From IMG/VR virus record IMGVR_UViG_3300025773_000002, positions 1 through 54,071 of that record: DNA of 54,071 nt. One strand, written 5' to 3'. Under the pieces are notes generated by a model that did no database searches, was not told where the DNA came from, and was given only the letters and a program-made list of their open reading frames with translations. The position numbers and the translations under genes were made by a program. The DNA is from a virus. Taxonomy: Duplodnaviria; Caudoviricetes. This document shows positions 1 through 9,615 of this stretch, in pieces (positions within the stretch are counted from its first letter, which is position 1; each line of letters opens with the position of its first letter).

Positions 1-119
1 TCCTTGAGGATATTGCCCTGATGGTCAACAGTTGCCTCGACGTTGCAGATGAACTTCAACCAATAGGTAAACCGTGTTGTGTATTTACCATCAGAATAAT
101 CTATGATGTCTTGAATTTT
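1..119. repeat. Terminal direct repeat, left copy (circular assembly overlap)
   Basis: 1-119 is identical to 53953-54071; the endolysin frame continues across the join. Confidence 0.97.
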
Positions 120-418
120 CATAAGTCTTTTACTTGAGGGGAGGGCAATGACTCTGGCTCATCTTCTACTTCATCACTCTCAAATGGCTTTTGGATCAGC
201 TTTGATCCACGATTGGCGGCAAAAATAGATGCTACCCAAGTCAAGGCCGATGAAGGATTAAATTGATTCTCTGGATGGAAGTGATGAGAAATCACGGTGT
301 ATCCAATAAGAACAGCAAAGGCACAAACAAGAATAATTTCCCATACAAGGAATGAGATTCTTAAACTAGATGGAGTGCCATTAGTTTCACTGACAACTCC
401 TTGAAGGAATTTCATCAT
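119..418 (-). CDS. Putative holin / lysis membrane protein
   Basis: Two hydrophobic segments and an acidic C-terminus. ATG at 418 overlaps the upstream stop (ATGA); its own stop overlaps the endolysin ATG at 122. Confidence 0.6.
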   Translation of the reverse strand: MMKFLQGVVSETNGTPSSLRISFLVWEIILVCAFAVLIGYTVISHHFHPENQFNPSSALTWVASIFAANRGSKLIQKPFESDEVEDEPESLPSPQVKDL

Positions 419-897
419 AGGTGTGATAGCAAAGCCCAAGAAGCACCAAATGCTGAAGCACCAGCACCAATACCAATAAACAATCCGTAAGGTGAGAATG
501 CCATTGCAATCCTACCAACAAAGAATCCAGCAATTAATCCAATCAATGAAGAAAGGAAGAACAGAAGTTTGTTGAAGTGAGAAATCTTTTGCTTGAGATC
601 AGCAATTACTTTGTCCTTTTCTTTATCGGCATTCATAAAGAAATCCCTCTGTGCCTGGATCTTCTTTGCTAGATCAGATTCCGTAAATAGTTGGGTCTGA
701 ACTTGCTTGATTTCGCTCTGTGCAACCTCAATAGCTTTGTTTTTCAGTGCTATGCTTTTATCTTTCAGAGCCGCATTTAATGCTTTTGCGGCATTGGTCG
801 TATTGGCAATCGCTGGACTCAAATCCACATACACGGGCTTGGGTACACTGGCACACCCAACCAAAAGAAAAAGTGATATGAAAACCAGATACTTCAT
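415..897 (-). CDS. Lipoprotein, putative unimolecular spanin
   Basis: Signal peptide with lipobox LLVG-C15, coiled-coil middle, C-terminal TM segments, located in the lysis cassette. Confidence 0.65.
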   Translation of the reverse strand: MKYLVFISLFLLVGCASVPKPVYVDLSPAIANTTNAAKALNAALKDKSIALKNKAIEVAQSEIKQVQTQLFTESDLAKKIQAQRDFFMNADKEKDKVIADLKQKISHFNKLLFFLSSLIGLIAGFFVGRIAMAFSPYGLFIGIGAGASAFGASWALLSHL

Positions 898-1079
898 TTG
901 CTTAATTTCTTAATGCTTGCATAAATAGCAATGCAACCAGCAAAGAAAGAAACAATGAAAGTAATGTTCTGCAACCAAATGTGTGACGTATTAAAGAAAG
1001 AGATCAGCAAAGTTACAAGGGAAACTAAAGCACTTGTTGATGCTGTTCCGTCAGGACTTGGAGAGGACGAATGATTCAT
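894..1079 (-). CDS. Small 2-TM membrane protein (holin/antiholin candidate)
   Basis: Two hydrophobic helices, basic C-terminus, translationally coupled to the spanin candidate. Confidence 0.55.
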   Translation of the reverse strand: MNHSSSPSPDGTASTSALVSLVTLLISFFNTSHIWLQNITFIVSFFAGCIAIYASIKKLSK

Positions 1080-1082
1080 GGC

Positions 1083-1379
1083 TTACGCCTGTTTAGGTAT
1101 AAATCCTTGTAGGAATGCCTGTGGATCTGCTCCAAGAACAGCAGTCAATCTTGCATCTGTATCTGCATCAGTCCAAGTTCCAGCTGATACATAATCAGCA
1201 CCTTTCCAAAGCATAACACCAACATTTAGATTTTTAATAATAGCTCTGCAAGTTTTTGCCGTATTGTCATAAACAATTTTGTAATCTAATGAATTAAAAA
1301 TTACGTCAAACGATCCTTTTGTTCCATCTTCATTCGTGGAAGGAATAGTAATTGTGATAGGTGGGTTTAGAGTAATCAT
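1083..1379 (-). CDS. Hypothetical protein (possible spike/fibre chaperone)
   Basis: Coupled to the upstream beta-helix gene; same AT-rich composition. Confidence 0.5.
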   Translation of the reverse strand: MITLNPPITITIPSTNEDGTKGSFDVIFNSLDYKIVYDNTAKTCRAIIKNLNVGVMLWKGADYVSAGTWTDADTDARLTAVLGADPQAFLQGFIPKQA

Positions 1380-2320
1380 AAAACAATTGGGAATGGTAAT
1401 TTAAGAAGTTCAGTTAATAATACATTAGAAAGAGAAATTCCTCCACCTCCAGCAATAGAAAGAGTAATTGAAGAAGCTCCAGCGGCAGATTGAATTGATC
1501 GTTGAATTTGAGTAAGCGTCAAAGGATATGTGTAAATAAGTGATCCAGTAACACTTCCAGATGCTTGAGCATTAGCGTCTGTATAAGAATAGTTAGTTGC
1601 AGAATCATAAAAAGTTGCATTACCATATATTATTCCACCAGTTGATGCACTATTTGCATCAATATCATAAGATGAAGCATTGGTAGAATTGTTATGAAAA
1701 TAAGCATTTCCATAAATGAACCCCGTTGATGCACCTCCATCATTAGATTGTGAATTTGTGGAGTTATTATAAAAATAAGCATTTCCATAAATAGCTCCAT
1801 CATTATTTCCTCCGCTACCAGTTGCGGAGCTATCATAAAAATTTACTATTGCTCCATTGGATAAATAAAGAATTCCATTAGTATCTCCTCCCCCTAATGT
1901 TGTTGTATTGTAAAAATTTATTGATCCTCCAAGTTGATTAAAAGATTGGCCTTGAATAAATGAAACGCCACTAACAGAAGTTAATCCAGAAACATTAAAA
2001 GTTCCATTGGATGACCAAACATATCCATATGGAATGTAACAATTTGAACAATTAAAATCTACATTAAAATTAAATCCATCGCCATCCCAATTTCCATAAT
2101 GAACAGGAGAAACAGTACCAAAATATATTGTTGATACGGTAACAGTTGTAAGGGAATTCATTCCTGATACATTATCACAAATGTAAACAGTATCAGTTGA
2201 ATTTGGTATTCTTCCAGCATGAGTAGTAAAGGATATATTAGTCCACCAATTAAGTGGATCATCCCATACAGTTGGTGTTCCAGCACCAGATACTTGAGAA
2301 TTAAAATACAGCGTAGCCAT
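1376..2320 (-). CDS. Putative beta-helix spike/adhesin virion protein
   Basis: Repeats of IYGNA(Y/T)F(Y/H)(N/D)xxTN; Asn/Gly/Ser-rich; AT-rich DNA. Confidence 0.6.
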   Translation of the reverse strand: MATLYFNSQVSGAGTPTVWDDPLNWWTNISFTTHAGRIPNSTDTVYICDNVSGMNSLTTVTVSTIYFGTVSPVHYGNWDGDGFNFNVDFNCSNCYIPYGYVWSSNGTFNVSGLTSVSGVSFIQGQSFNQLGGSINFYNTTTLGGGDTNGILYLSNGAIVNFYDSSATGSGGNNDGAIYGNAYFYNNSTNSQSNDGGASTGFIYGNAYFHNNSTNASSYDIDANSASTGGIIYGNATFYDSATNYSYTDANAQASGSVTGSLIYTYPLTLTQIQRSIQSAAGASSITLSIAGGGGISLSNVLLTELLKLPFPIVL

Positions 2321-2322
2321 AT

Positions 2323-2565
2323 TTACAGAGTCCTAGTGCAAGAAACAAAAGCAGTTCCACTCCAAGTAAGAACAAGCGTAGCAACTAACGAACCTTTATA
2401 AGAATAATTAATCCCAAGAGGATTTCCATTGCCGTCAGAACTTGTCACAACCACAGAATCGTAAATGGGAATGGAGAACCCACCTGTGGCGTTATAAATC
2501 TGCCACCTCTGTTCGCTATCGGTAGTATCTACAAATGATCCAAAAGAAAGAATTGGGACAGACAT
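2323..2565 (-). CDS. Small virion structural protein (putative)
   Basis: Beta-rich Ser/Thr composition, in the late operon. Confidence 0.55.
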   Translation of the reverse strand: MSVPILSFGSFVDTTDSEQRWQIYNATGGFSIPIYDSVVVTSSDGNGNPLGINYSYKGSLVATLVLTWSGTAFVSCTRTL

Positions 2566-2586
2566 AACTATAAAATTGGTAGAACA

Positions 2587-2611
2587 CCTTGGGGGGATAG
2601 AACCCCCAAGG
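2587..2611 (-). terminator. Stem-loop after the capsid gene block (probable terminator)
   Basis: CCTTGGGGG/CCCCCAAGG perfect 9-bp stem, weak U tail. Confidence 0.55.
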
Positions 2612-2625
2612 CATCCAGAGTTTAA

Positions 2626-3327
2626 TTAGAACAAGTAACCAGTGACGTACACATCACCATAGATCGCACCAATGCGTCCAGCGGTATCAGCCGTGGAAGC
2701 CTCGGTTGTGAGCGAGGGATTGTAGTACGAGAAGGTCGTGCTGGTCGTAGAAAGAACTTGAACAAGACCGTTATAAGCGGCATTGCCAATCGTAAGAACT
2801 TTAACCATCACACCTGGAACCAGCCAAGAGGGAACACTCGACACCGTGATGGTGCTGATGTTGTTGGCGGTAACACGGTTCGTTGAAGCCAGTGAAGGAA
2901 CAGCGGCGGTCGTAACGTTGATACGCACATATTCCGTTGAAGCGGCTCCACCACCACCAGATCCAATAGCAGGATTTGGGTTGGCAACAGGGTCTTGACC
3001 AAGAACATAACCGTTAGTAGGAAGAGCAAATGCCGATTGAGACAGATTGCTAGTCGCATTTGGGCTAGTGGAAATTGGCGTAGCAGGAAGGGTAAGAGTT
3101 GTGAACAGAGGTTCACTTGTCGTACCGTTGTCGATTGCTACTTGTGCAGGGGTTCCATTAGTACCAAGAGCATTCTTATATACAATGAATGCATTCGTAG
3201 GAACGAATACGTTTTCATCGTAGTTAAGATTTCCAAGGTCATAAGTTCCTGCAACCGTGAAGTCAACGGACAATGGGCCGTAACGAACGATTGTCAGGTT
3301 ATTAGGAGTGGGTTTAGGGACGGACAT
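2626..3327 (-). CDS. Putative capsid decoration protein
   Basis: Thr/Val/Asn-rich beta protein downstream of the MCP, with capsid-like codon usage. Confidence 0.6.
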   Translation of the reverse strand: MSVPKPTPNNLTIVRYGPLSVDFTVAGTYDLGNLNYDENVFVPTNAFIVYKNALGTNGTPAQVAIDNGTTSEPLFTTLTLPATPISTSPNATSNLSQSAFALPTNGYVLGQDPVANPNPAIGSGGGGAASTEYVRINVTTAAVPSLASTNRVTANNISTITVSSVPSWLVPGVMVKVLTIGNAAYNGLVQVLSTTSTTFSYYNPSLTTEASTADTAGRIGAIYGDVYVTGYLF

Positions 3328-3349
3328 ATAATTAGTTTTTTAGTTAAGA

Positions 3350-3691
3350 TTAATAGTAGCTAGGAGTGTTATAAATAACATTGTTTTGAGTGTAAGCAAC
3401 TACAACGGTATCAGAAGATGCCGTAACAGTAATTGGATACTGAAGAGGCCCACCACCAGAAAAAGACATACTAGCAAGCAATGTTGTAGTAGTTCCATTA
3501 ATGTTAACGGTTGCCGTTCCAGAAGCACTGGTACTAACCGACCAAGTGAGGGCACTTGTAGGAATAGTAACAGATGCACCACTCGTGACAGTTTGGAAAA
3601 CTGGTGTCAACGGTTGCCCGTACCCTGCGTATAGCAGGGCAGGGGCGTTGAGAACACTCGACGGAGCGTAATTAGCGTTGTTAAGTGACAT
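3350..3691 (-). CDS. Putative head decoration protein
   Basis: Immediately downstream of the MCP; Thr/Ser-rich and almost uncharged. Confidence 0.55.
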   Translation of the reverse strand: MSLNNANYAPSSVLNAPALLYAGYGQPLTPVFQTVTSGASVTIPTSALTWSVSTSASGTATVNINGTTTTLLASMSFSGGGPLQYPITVTASSDTVVVAYTQNNVIYNTPSYY

Positions 3692-3710
3692 CGTGTGTTT
3701 ACCTTATTGA

Positions 3711-5120
3711 TTAGATAGGCTGGCTAACAGTGCTGTTGCAAGCGTAGCAATCAGGGGTGTATTGAGGAGCATAGTTCGGTGACAGTGTGCAAGCCGCAGG
3801 GATCACCAACTGTGCATTGTTCAACCTGTGAAGGATGGAGTGCATCAGAGTAGGATCTTGGAACTGCATACCCATACGGAACTGGTTCCAGAAGAAACCT
3901 TGGTCACGCTTGATGTTGCATTCCCAATCTGGGTTCTTCCACTCCCAATCACCAGCGTAGTTCTGGGTCATGCCTTGAGCTTCACCGATACCACTTTGGG
4001 ATGGGCTGATCCACTTGATCATTGCCTTGTTAACCCAAGGATTCGTGATACCGAAATCAGCATAGTTATAAGCAGTGTTCTGAACATACTTGCAACCAAG
4101 CTCCGTTGTGACGGGTATGTAAGGAAGCACACGAACCAGACGAGGCCAAGTCGTAGGATCGTTCACGTTGAACGTAGGAAGGGAAGCATTGTATGTCCAA
4201 TCCACGTTGAAGCGAACACCGTTGATGTCGTTACAGAAAGCGTAGTTACCGATGACACGATCAATACCAAGAGAGTATTGAAGTTGCTTGTCATCAAAGT
4301 CGCTGACGCTCTCCCACCATCCACTAGACTGCTTGGCATACTGCCAGAGCTGACGAAGAACACGGGAATCAGGAACGATGATCTCAAGGAGAGGGCGACC
4401 AGCGGCCTCACTTACGTCGAGACGATAAGCGTCATCTTCACGCTGAAGGTTGATGAGGATGTCATCAAGGGTGTCAAGCGAGAGAAGACCAATGTTGTTA
4501 AGCTGTGAAGCTGGCATCTTAACATAGACATAGCCCATGTTGTAGCTACCCTCGTTCGTGCCCTCGAAAGGCTGAACGATGAACATCTGATCATCAGGAG
4601 TAACACAAGAGACAAGGGACTGACCATTGCTAACAGGAACCCACTTGTGTCCAGCACCACCGATCCAGTTGGAACGAGCGAACTCCTCATGGACGTTCTT
4701 GGTGATGTTGACATTGGTATTCATGATGTGATCCATCTCCTCTTGAGGGAAGAGACGATACATGAAATCGGTAAGCTGATACCAATCGGTACGCATAGCC
4801 TTGGTGAAGAGGCTGAAGCTGTACGATTCCGTACCAGGGTGAGCAATCGTCTCAAACTGAACGTCATCAGCGTTCTGGATGCAACGACCAGACTGAACTT
4901 GCTCCCAAGGCTGATCTGGATTGTACCATCCACGCCCGAAGCGGAATGCTTTCTGGGTCGGGAGAGTATTCAAAGGCCAAGTTTCTGTCTCAAGACGACC
5001 ATAATAGATCGAATTGATTGCCATCTTTTTGATGAAAAACGGATTGTAATAGGTGCGGGCTTCCCTAAATAGGGTATCCACATCCTGACACGAACTAAAT
5101 GTTACGCCATTTTGCGCCAT
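3711..5120 (-). CDS. Major capsid protein
   Basis: Portal-scaffold-capsid synteny, 469 aa, strongly biased codon usage (long antisense ORFs). Confidence 0.8.
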   Translation of the reverse strand: MAQNGVTFSSCQDVDTLFREARTYYNPFFIKKMAINSIYYGRLETETWPLNTLPTQKAFRFGRGWYNPDQPWEQVQSGRCIQNADDVQFETIAHPGTESYSFSLFTKAMRTDWYQLTDFMYRLFPQEEMDHIMNTNVNITKNVHEEFARSNWIGGAGHKWVPVSNGQSLVSCVTPDDQMFIVQPFEGTNEGSYNMGYVYVKMPASQLNNIGLLSLDTLDDILINLQREDDAYRLDVSEAAGRPLLEIIVPDSRVLRQLWQYAKQSSGWWESVSDFDDKQLQYSLGIDRVIGNYAFCNDINGVRFNVDWTYNASLPTFNVNDPTTWPRLVRVLPYIPVTTELGCKYVQNTAYNYADFGITNPWVNKAMIKWISPSQSGIGEAQGMTQNYAGDWEWKNPDWECNIKRDQGFFWNQFRMGMQFQDPTLMHSILHRLNNAQLVIPAACTLSPNYAPQYTPDCYACNSTVSQPI

Positions 5121-5141
5121 ATGATTAATTTGTTATTTGTT

Positions 5142-5384
5142 AGGTTGTGTGCCTTGAAAAGAGTCGCCTCCTCCAAAACACGGTTTTGGTTTGTGAGCGA
5201 CTGGCAACCTCGCAGGGTCTTTATTTTTTCAACAACTGATGTCAACCTCACACCCCGCTTTTTATTTATGTCTGACGCTATCAGACTCGGTGCTTTGGCT
5301 GAAATCAATCGTTGATTGAACAACGACCAATCCAGAATTAAAATGTCAGAACAAGCTATTAGTGGTTTTCTAATAGCTCGTCAA
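5142..5384 (-). promoter_or_regulatory. Structured leader and promoter region of the major capsid gene
   Basis: TTGACG at 5384-5379 adjacent to the inverted repeat AGCTATTAG/CTAATAGCT; nested stems at 5142-5210. Confidence 0.5.
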
Positions 5385-5392
5385 CAATTAAT

Positions 5393-6715
5393 TTATCTAT
5401 TTCTAAATTTAGCAAATAAACTTGCTGGAGTTCTTTCCTCCACTTCCGTTGCTTTGCCAGATGAAGAAGATCCCATGAGACCATCAGATGTGGAAGATCC
5501 ACGCATCTTTTTGATGGTTTCTTGCAATTCAGCAATTTGTTTTTCTTGTGCAAAAGAATAAGCCTTTAGTTTTTTATATTTCGAGCCTTGGGTAAGAACC
5601 TTCGTTATTTGCTCTGGAGCATAGTTGCTGTTCTCACGCAATGCCGCTTCAGCAATCAACTCATCTTCTGTTGTATCATCATCAATCTTTTGTGATGCAA
5701 TAATCTTTGCAATCTCTTCTGGATATTTAATGGAATCCTCAAGCGACTGCTTGGCTTGGAGGAATGCATCCTGCCAGCGTTTTCCGATTTGGGATTTGGT
5801 CATGTTTGCACGACGAGCCTTCTCCTCATCAGCTTGTGCCTTGGTTATCTCCCAATTCTGGAGAGCTTGGATACGATTCTCAACCTTACCAAGAACATCG
5901 TAAGCTGTAGTATTGAATTTAGCCTGTTCCATAGGAGAGAGATTCTCGTAGATGGCATTAAGAGTCTGTTTGGAAATCTCACGCTGTCTGGATCTTTCAT
6001 TCTGATCTGTTGTGCGAAGTGATGTTTCATATGCGGCAACAGCTTTCTCAAATTCCGTAACGTAAGTTGGGTCTTCCCCAAGGATCATTTTGATCTGACT
6101 ATAACCATTGAGAATAGGTTGATCATAATTCTCTTTGAATACTGGATCAGCAGGAAGGTTGAGGAATGCATTTGCTTTGCGAAGCTGTTCAAGATCATTG
6201 GAGAGTGCTTCTTCACGCTCTTGCTTTTCTTTGATTGCCAATTCCAATTCTTTTTGGAGTTTTTCAACTTGTTTTTTTGTTTCGCTATCGTCGATCTTGG
6301 AACGAAGCTCCTCAATCTCTTGTTTGGACTTCTCATAATCAGCGACCTTGGCTTTTAGTTCAGCGGCTTCTTTAGAAAGCTGTTCGTTGGTTTGCTTTAG
6401 AGTCTTGATGTATCCAGGCTTCTTTTCGTCTTCAACGGACGATGCCTTTATTTCTGGTTCTTCCCTATTTTCTACTGCTTCACGCCTAGCTTGTTTTTCC
6501 TCATCAACCTTATCTTGGAATTGAGAAGAATCTTGATTCAACTTCTCTGCCATTTTCTTAAACAGATCTGTAGGGTTTCCCTTTGGAGCTTCTTTGATGT
6601 CGCTCTTGAAAAAAGCATCAGCTTGTTTTACAGCGGCTTCTCTTGCGGCTTTGTCAGCGGCAGATGCGGCGGTAAGATTTGGGTTCTGTGCAGGGTCAAT
6701 AGGTTGTTCAGACAT
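5393..6715 (-). CDS. Capsid scaffolding protein
   Basis: Highly charged coiled-coil protein between portal and MCP. Confidence 0.75.
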   Translation of the reverse strand: MSEQPIDPAQNPNLTAASAADKAAREAAVKQADAFFKSDIKEAPKGNPTDLFKKMAEKLNQDSSQFQDKVDEEKQARREAVENREEPEIKASSVEDEKKPGYIKTLKQTNEQLSKEAAELKAKVADYEKSKQEIEELRSKIDDSETKKQVEKLQKELELAIKEKQEREEALSNDLEQLRKANAFLNLPADPVFKENYDQPILNGYSQIKMILGEDPTYVTEFEKAVAAYETSLRTTDQNERSRQREISKQTLNAIYENLSPMEQAKFNTTAYDVLGKVENRIQALQNWEITKAQADEEKARRANMTKSQIGKRWQDAFLQAKQSLEDSIKYPEEIAKIIASQKIDDDTTEDELIAEAALRENSNYAPEQITKVLTQGSKYKKLKAYSFAQEKQIAELQETIKKMRGSSTSDGLMGSSSSGKATEVEERTPASLFAKFRNR

Positions 6716-6733
6716 GGTATTTTGTGGTTGTGG

Positions 6734-7009
6734 TTACTTGCGGAGATTAAGTTCTTCTGGTGTTAGTGAGTCATCAAGATCAGGATCAAGATCAAGATCA
6801 TGTGTGGCTATTTTAGATACTTTGGGACGATCAATTGTCTCAAATTTATTGTCTTCTGCTTCTGTTGCCCACTCTTGAAGTGTCTTGAATACGGAAACTA
6901 CAGTTGCATGGTCGTTTTTAACAAGCTCCTCATATAAAGAGGACTTTAATTCTGTGAAGCGTTTGTCGTTGACTATTGATGCGGCTAGGTTGAGTACGTT
7001 TTTATCCAT
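6734..7009 (-). CDS. Hypothetical head-module protein
   Basis: Small acidic ORF between portal and scaffold. Confidence 0.65.
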   Translation of the reverse strand: MDKNVLNLAASIVNDKRFTELKSSLYEELVKNDHATVVSVFKTLQEWATEAEDNKFETIDRPKVSKIATHDLDLDPDLDDSLTPEELNLRK

Positions 7010-9614
7010 TCTGGTTGCCTATTTCGGGGTTGCTTTGTGCTAGTTGTTCTTGCTGTGCAATAGCGGCTTGCTGTGCCGCCATGTCCTGTGTGTTTTGTTG
7101 GTCGTTATGATCCAACTCTTGTTCATGTTGATCCTGCATAGCTTGTGCATCCTGTGATGCCTTTGCCCTGTGGATCTGGATTTCATTAGCGGCTTTTGCC
7201 CTCTTGGTAGCAAGATCAGTTGATGCCCTTTCCATTGCCATTGTGTCATGCAACTTGGCTTTCTGTGCCATTGCCGCCAGCTTGATGTTTTCTTTCTTCT
7301 GAAGGAAATCAGTTTGCATGGATTCTTTAGCAACAAGAGCATGGAGCTTGACTTGCTCTGGCGACATATTCTGATCACCTTGCTGTTGCTGATTGGCTTT
7401 CTCAATTTGAGCAAGCTGGCTACCAAGTTCATCAGTTCCACGCTGAAGCTGTTGCATCTGCTGACCAAATTCTTTGGCAATTTGTTTCTTGGAAGGATCT
7501 TTCTGGATGAATCCAAGGTGAGCAGTAAGGTGTGGGCCTTTGAATCGGATGAGGCAAGCGTAGATATCTTTGATAAGATCAATAGCTTCCTCTGACATAT
7601 TGTTGGCAACTTGACCACGGGTAGGTGCTTGAGGATTAACACCGGCACTCTGCAAGGCTTGTTGTGCTTCCTGCATAGATGCGGCGGCATCTTGGATATG
7701 ACCCTTGAAATGCTCCACATGGTTCTGATCTGGATACACCCTAAAGTTAGCGGCATTACCTTTTGGATCAGTCATACCAATGTTCTCCATTGAGATGATT
7801 CCTTGCTCATCAGGGATCTCAACCTTGGTGTGCTGGAAGTAACGGTTCACATTTTGGCGACCATTCAATGCGGCAATCGCATCAGCGATAGCATTTGCTT
7901 GACCATCATTCATAGGAGTCATTCCCGTGAGTGAAACAGTCTGCTGTGCCGCCATCAGTTTGTATGATGGGCTACCAGAACCAGAAAGCATATTGGATTC
8001 AAGGTTCTCAATGTTTTCCCACTTCCATGCTTCTGCTGGAACATTGTTTTCCTCCATGAAATCAACAAACTTCTGCTTGAGTTTGTAACCATAACCACCC
8101 TTGGTCGTGCGGCTCATGCGTTTGTATAGGAGTTTCAGCCAGCGAGTCTGGTTGTCATTGAACCTACGAATTTGAGTACCTTGTAGCTTGGCACTTTCAG
8201 CGGCATCCATTTGGGATTCAGCTTTCGTCCTAGCCTTCCCTGTTTTGGAGTAATTGCCAATATTGTATGCACCAATTCCACGATAAAGATCAGCTTGATA
8301 AAACTGGATACCAGAAAGCACCTCGTTGAATGGGATGTTTACGGAAACTTGTTGTGGTTCCACATCTTGAGGAAGAACCATGAATGGCATCCACTCCATC
8401 TGCTTGAGCTTCTTGGTTGATTCAGCAGAACCACCCTTGAACATCAAACGAGTATTCCAATCTACGGCATCCATGAAACGATTCATGTGGATGTCATAAG
8501 CTCGGCATTGGATAAAGATAGCTTCAGCAAGACCCTGGATCTCATGCCAGATACCAGAACCAGTTGAGTCAGTCATGGGAGCAATGATGTCCTCCCAACC
8601 ATTCTCATCCTTTTCTACCCAATCTTTTTTGTAATAAAGGAATCCTGTCTGATCACGATACTCTTCTTCCGTAAGATCCTTTCGACCATTTTCTTTGTAG
8701 CCAAGTACAAGACCTCCATAGTTTTGGAGAAGAAGCATCTTGGAGATAGATCCGTTAAACTCCATGATGTAGAGTTCATACAACTCAATGCGGAGAGTGT
8801 ACAAACGGGAAAGATTCATGTTGCCAGATGCAACGTCCCTTAACCATTCCGTATTGGTATAAGTATTACGATAGTTGGTCGTGAACATCCGTAGTGCATC
8901 TACACAAGCCCAGAAGTTCCAACCCATTTCGGTTGCGTGTGCTTCTGCTTTTACTGGATCTTCTTCTCCACCAGTAATTTTGAGCCAAAACTCAAGTGGC
9001 GTATAGCTACGTTTGATGCAAAGCTCACCCAAGTTGGTAAGATCGGCATACGTTTTATCAGGAATCAAGACATTGGAGTTATGGAAACTTTTTGTGGGCC
9101 ACCCATCCCTATCTTCAGCAATCTCAAATCCCTTTCCATACAAGCTCATCTCTTCAACATCCAATTCAACATTGTAGTTATAGGAAGGCCAAGAACGGAG
9201 CATCCGATCAAATCCCACACTGATAATATCACTCCATATTTTCTTTTCGGTAGGATTACCAATCTTGGTTGTGATATTTGCGGCTGTATTTCGCTCCATA
9301 ACCATGTCCACAAAGCTGGACTTTTGGTTATCAACGATGAATTTCATTTGACGGAATGGCACATTGCTCATTCCTTGCATCTGCCTTGCGGCTACCTGAC
9401 TATAATCTGTGGGAGGGAATCCCTTATAACATTTGTAAATACGTCCCCACTTACGTTCACGACCAGCATTGTCTAATCGAAGATTCCAGCAAATTGTAAA
9501 TGCATCATTGGCTGTTTGGACACGGCTAGTAGGTGCTACACCATTGGAGTTGATGGTATTAAAACCCCAACTCGACACACCCTCACGATTTACAATTCTT
9601 TTTGTTTTTGCCAT
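7002..9614 (-). CDS. Portal protein (P22-like, long Gln-rich helical C-terminus)
   Basis: 870 aa, position upstream of scaffold/MCP, C-terminal Q/A-rich coiled coil. Confidence 0.8.
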   Translation of the reverse strand: MAKTKRIVNREGVSSWGFNTINSNGVAPTSRVQTANDAFTICWNLRLDNAGRERKWGRIYKCYKGFPPTDYSQVAARQMQGMSNVPFRQMKFIVDNQKSSFVDMVMERNTAANITTKIGNPTEKKIWSDIISVGFDRMLRSWPSYNYNVELDVEEMSLYGKGFEIAEDRDGWPTKSFHNSNVLIPDKTYADLTNLGELCIKRSYTPLEFWLKITGGEEDPVKAEAHATEMGWNFWACVDALRMFTTNYRNTYTNTEWLRDVASGNMNLSRLYTLRIELYELYIMEFNGSISKMLLLQNYGGLVLGYKENGRKDLTEEEYRDQTGFLYYKKDWVEKDENGWEDIIAPMTDSTGSGIWHEIQGLAEAIFIQCRAYDIHMNRFMDAVDWNTRLMFKGGSAESTKKLKQMEWMPFMVLPQDVEPQQVSVNIPFNEVLSGIQFYQADLYRGIGAYNIGNYSKTGKARTKAESQMDAAESAKLQGTQIRRFNDNQTRWLKLLYKRMSRTTKGGYGYKLKQKFVDFMEENNVPAEAWKWENIENLESNMLSGSGSPSYKLMAAQQTVSLTGMTPMNDGQANAIADAIAALNGRQNVNRYFQHTKVEIPDEQGIISMENIGMTDPKGNAANFRVYPDQNHVEHFKGHIQDAAASMQEAQQALQSAGVNPQAPTRGQVANNMSEEAIDLIKDIYACLIRFKGPHLTAHLGFIQKDPSKKQIAKEFGQQMQQLQRGTDELGSQLAQIEKANQQQQGDQNMSPEQVKLHALVAKESMQTDFLQKKENIKLAAMAQKAKLHDTMAMERASTDLATKRAKAANEIQIHRAKASQDAQAMQDQHEQELDHNDQQNTQDMAAQQAAIAQQEQLAQSNPEIGNQNG

Positions 9615-9615
9615 T

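Noticed and set aside
1-119. Terminal repeat as a biological DTR
   Set aside because: It falls inside a gene and 119 is a common assembler k-mer length, so an assembly overlap is more likely
3828-5072. Long plus-strand ORFs antisense to the capsid gene
   Set aside because: Shadow ORFs from biased codon usage, with no motifs; the same applies to antisense or out-of-frame ORFs within the portal, terL, 19787-20266 and 39838-40575
6773-6801. Hexamer repeat with four GATC, resembling P1 pac
   Set aside because: Explained by the DLDLDPDLDD peptide in a GATC-rich genome, and far from terS
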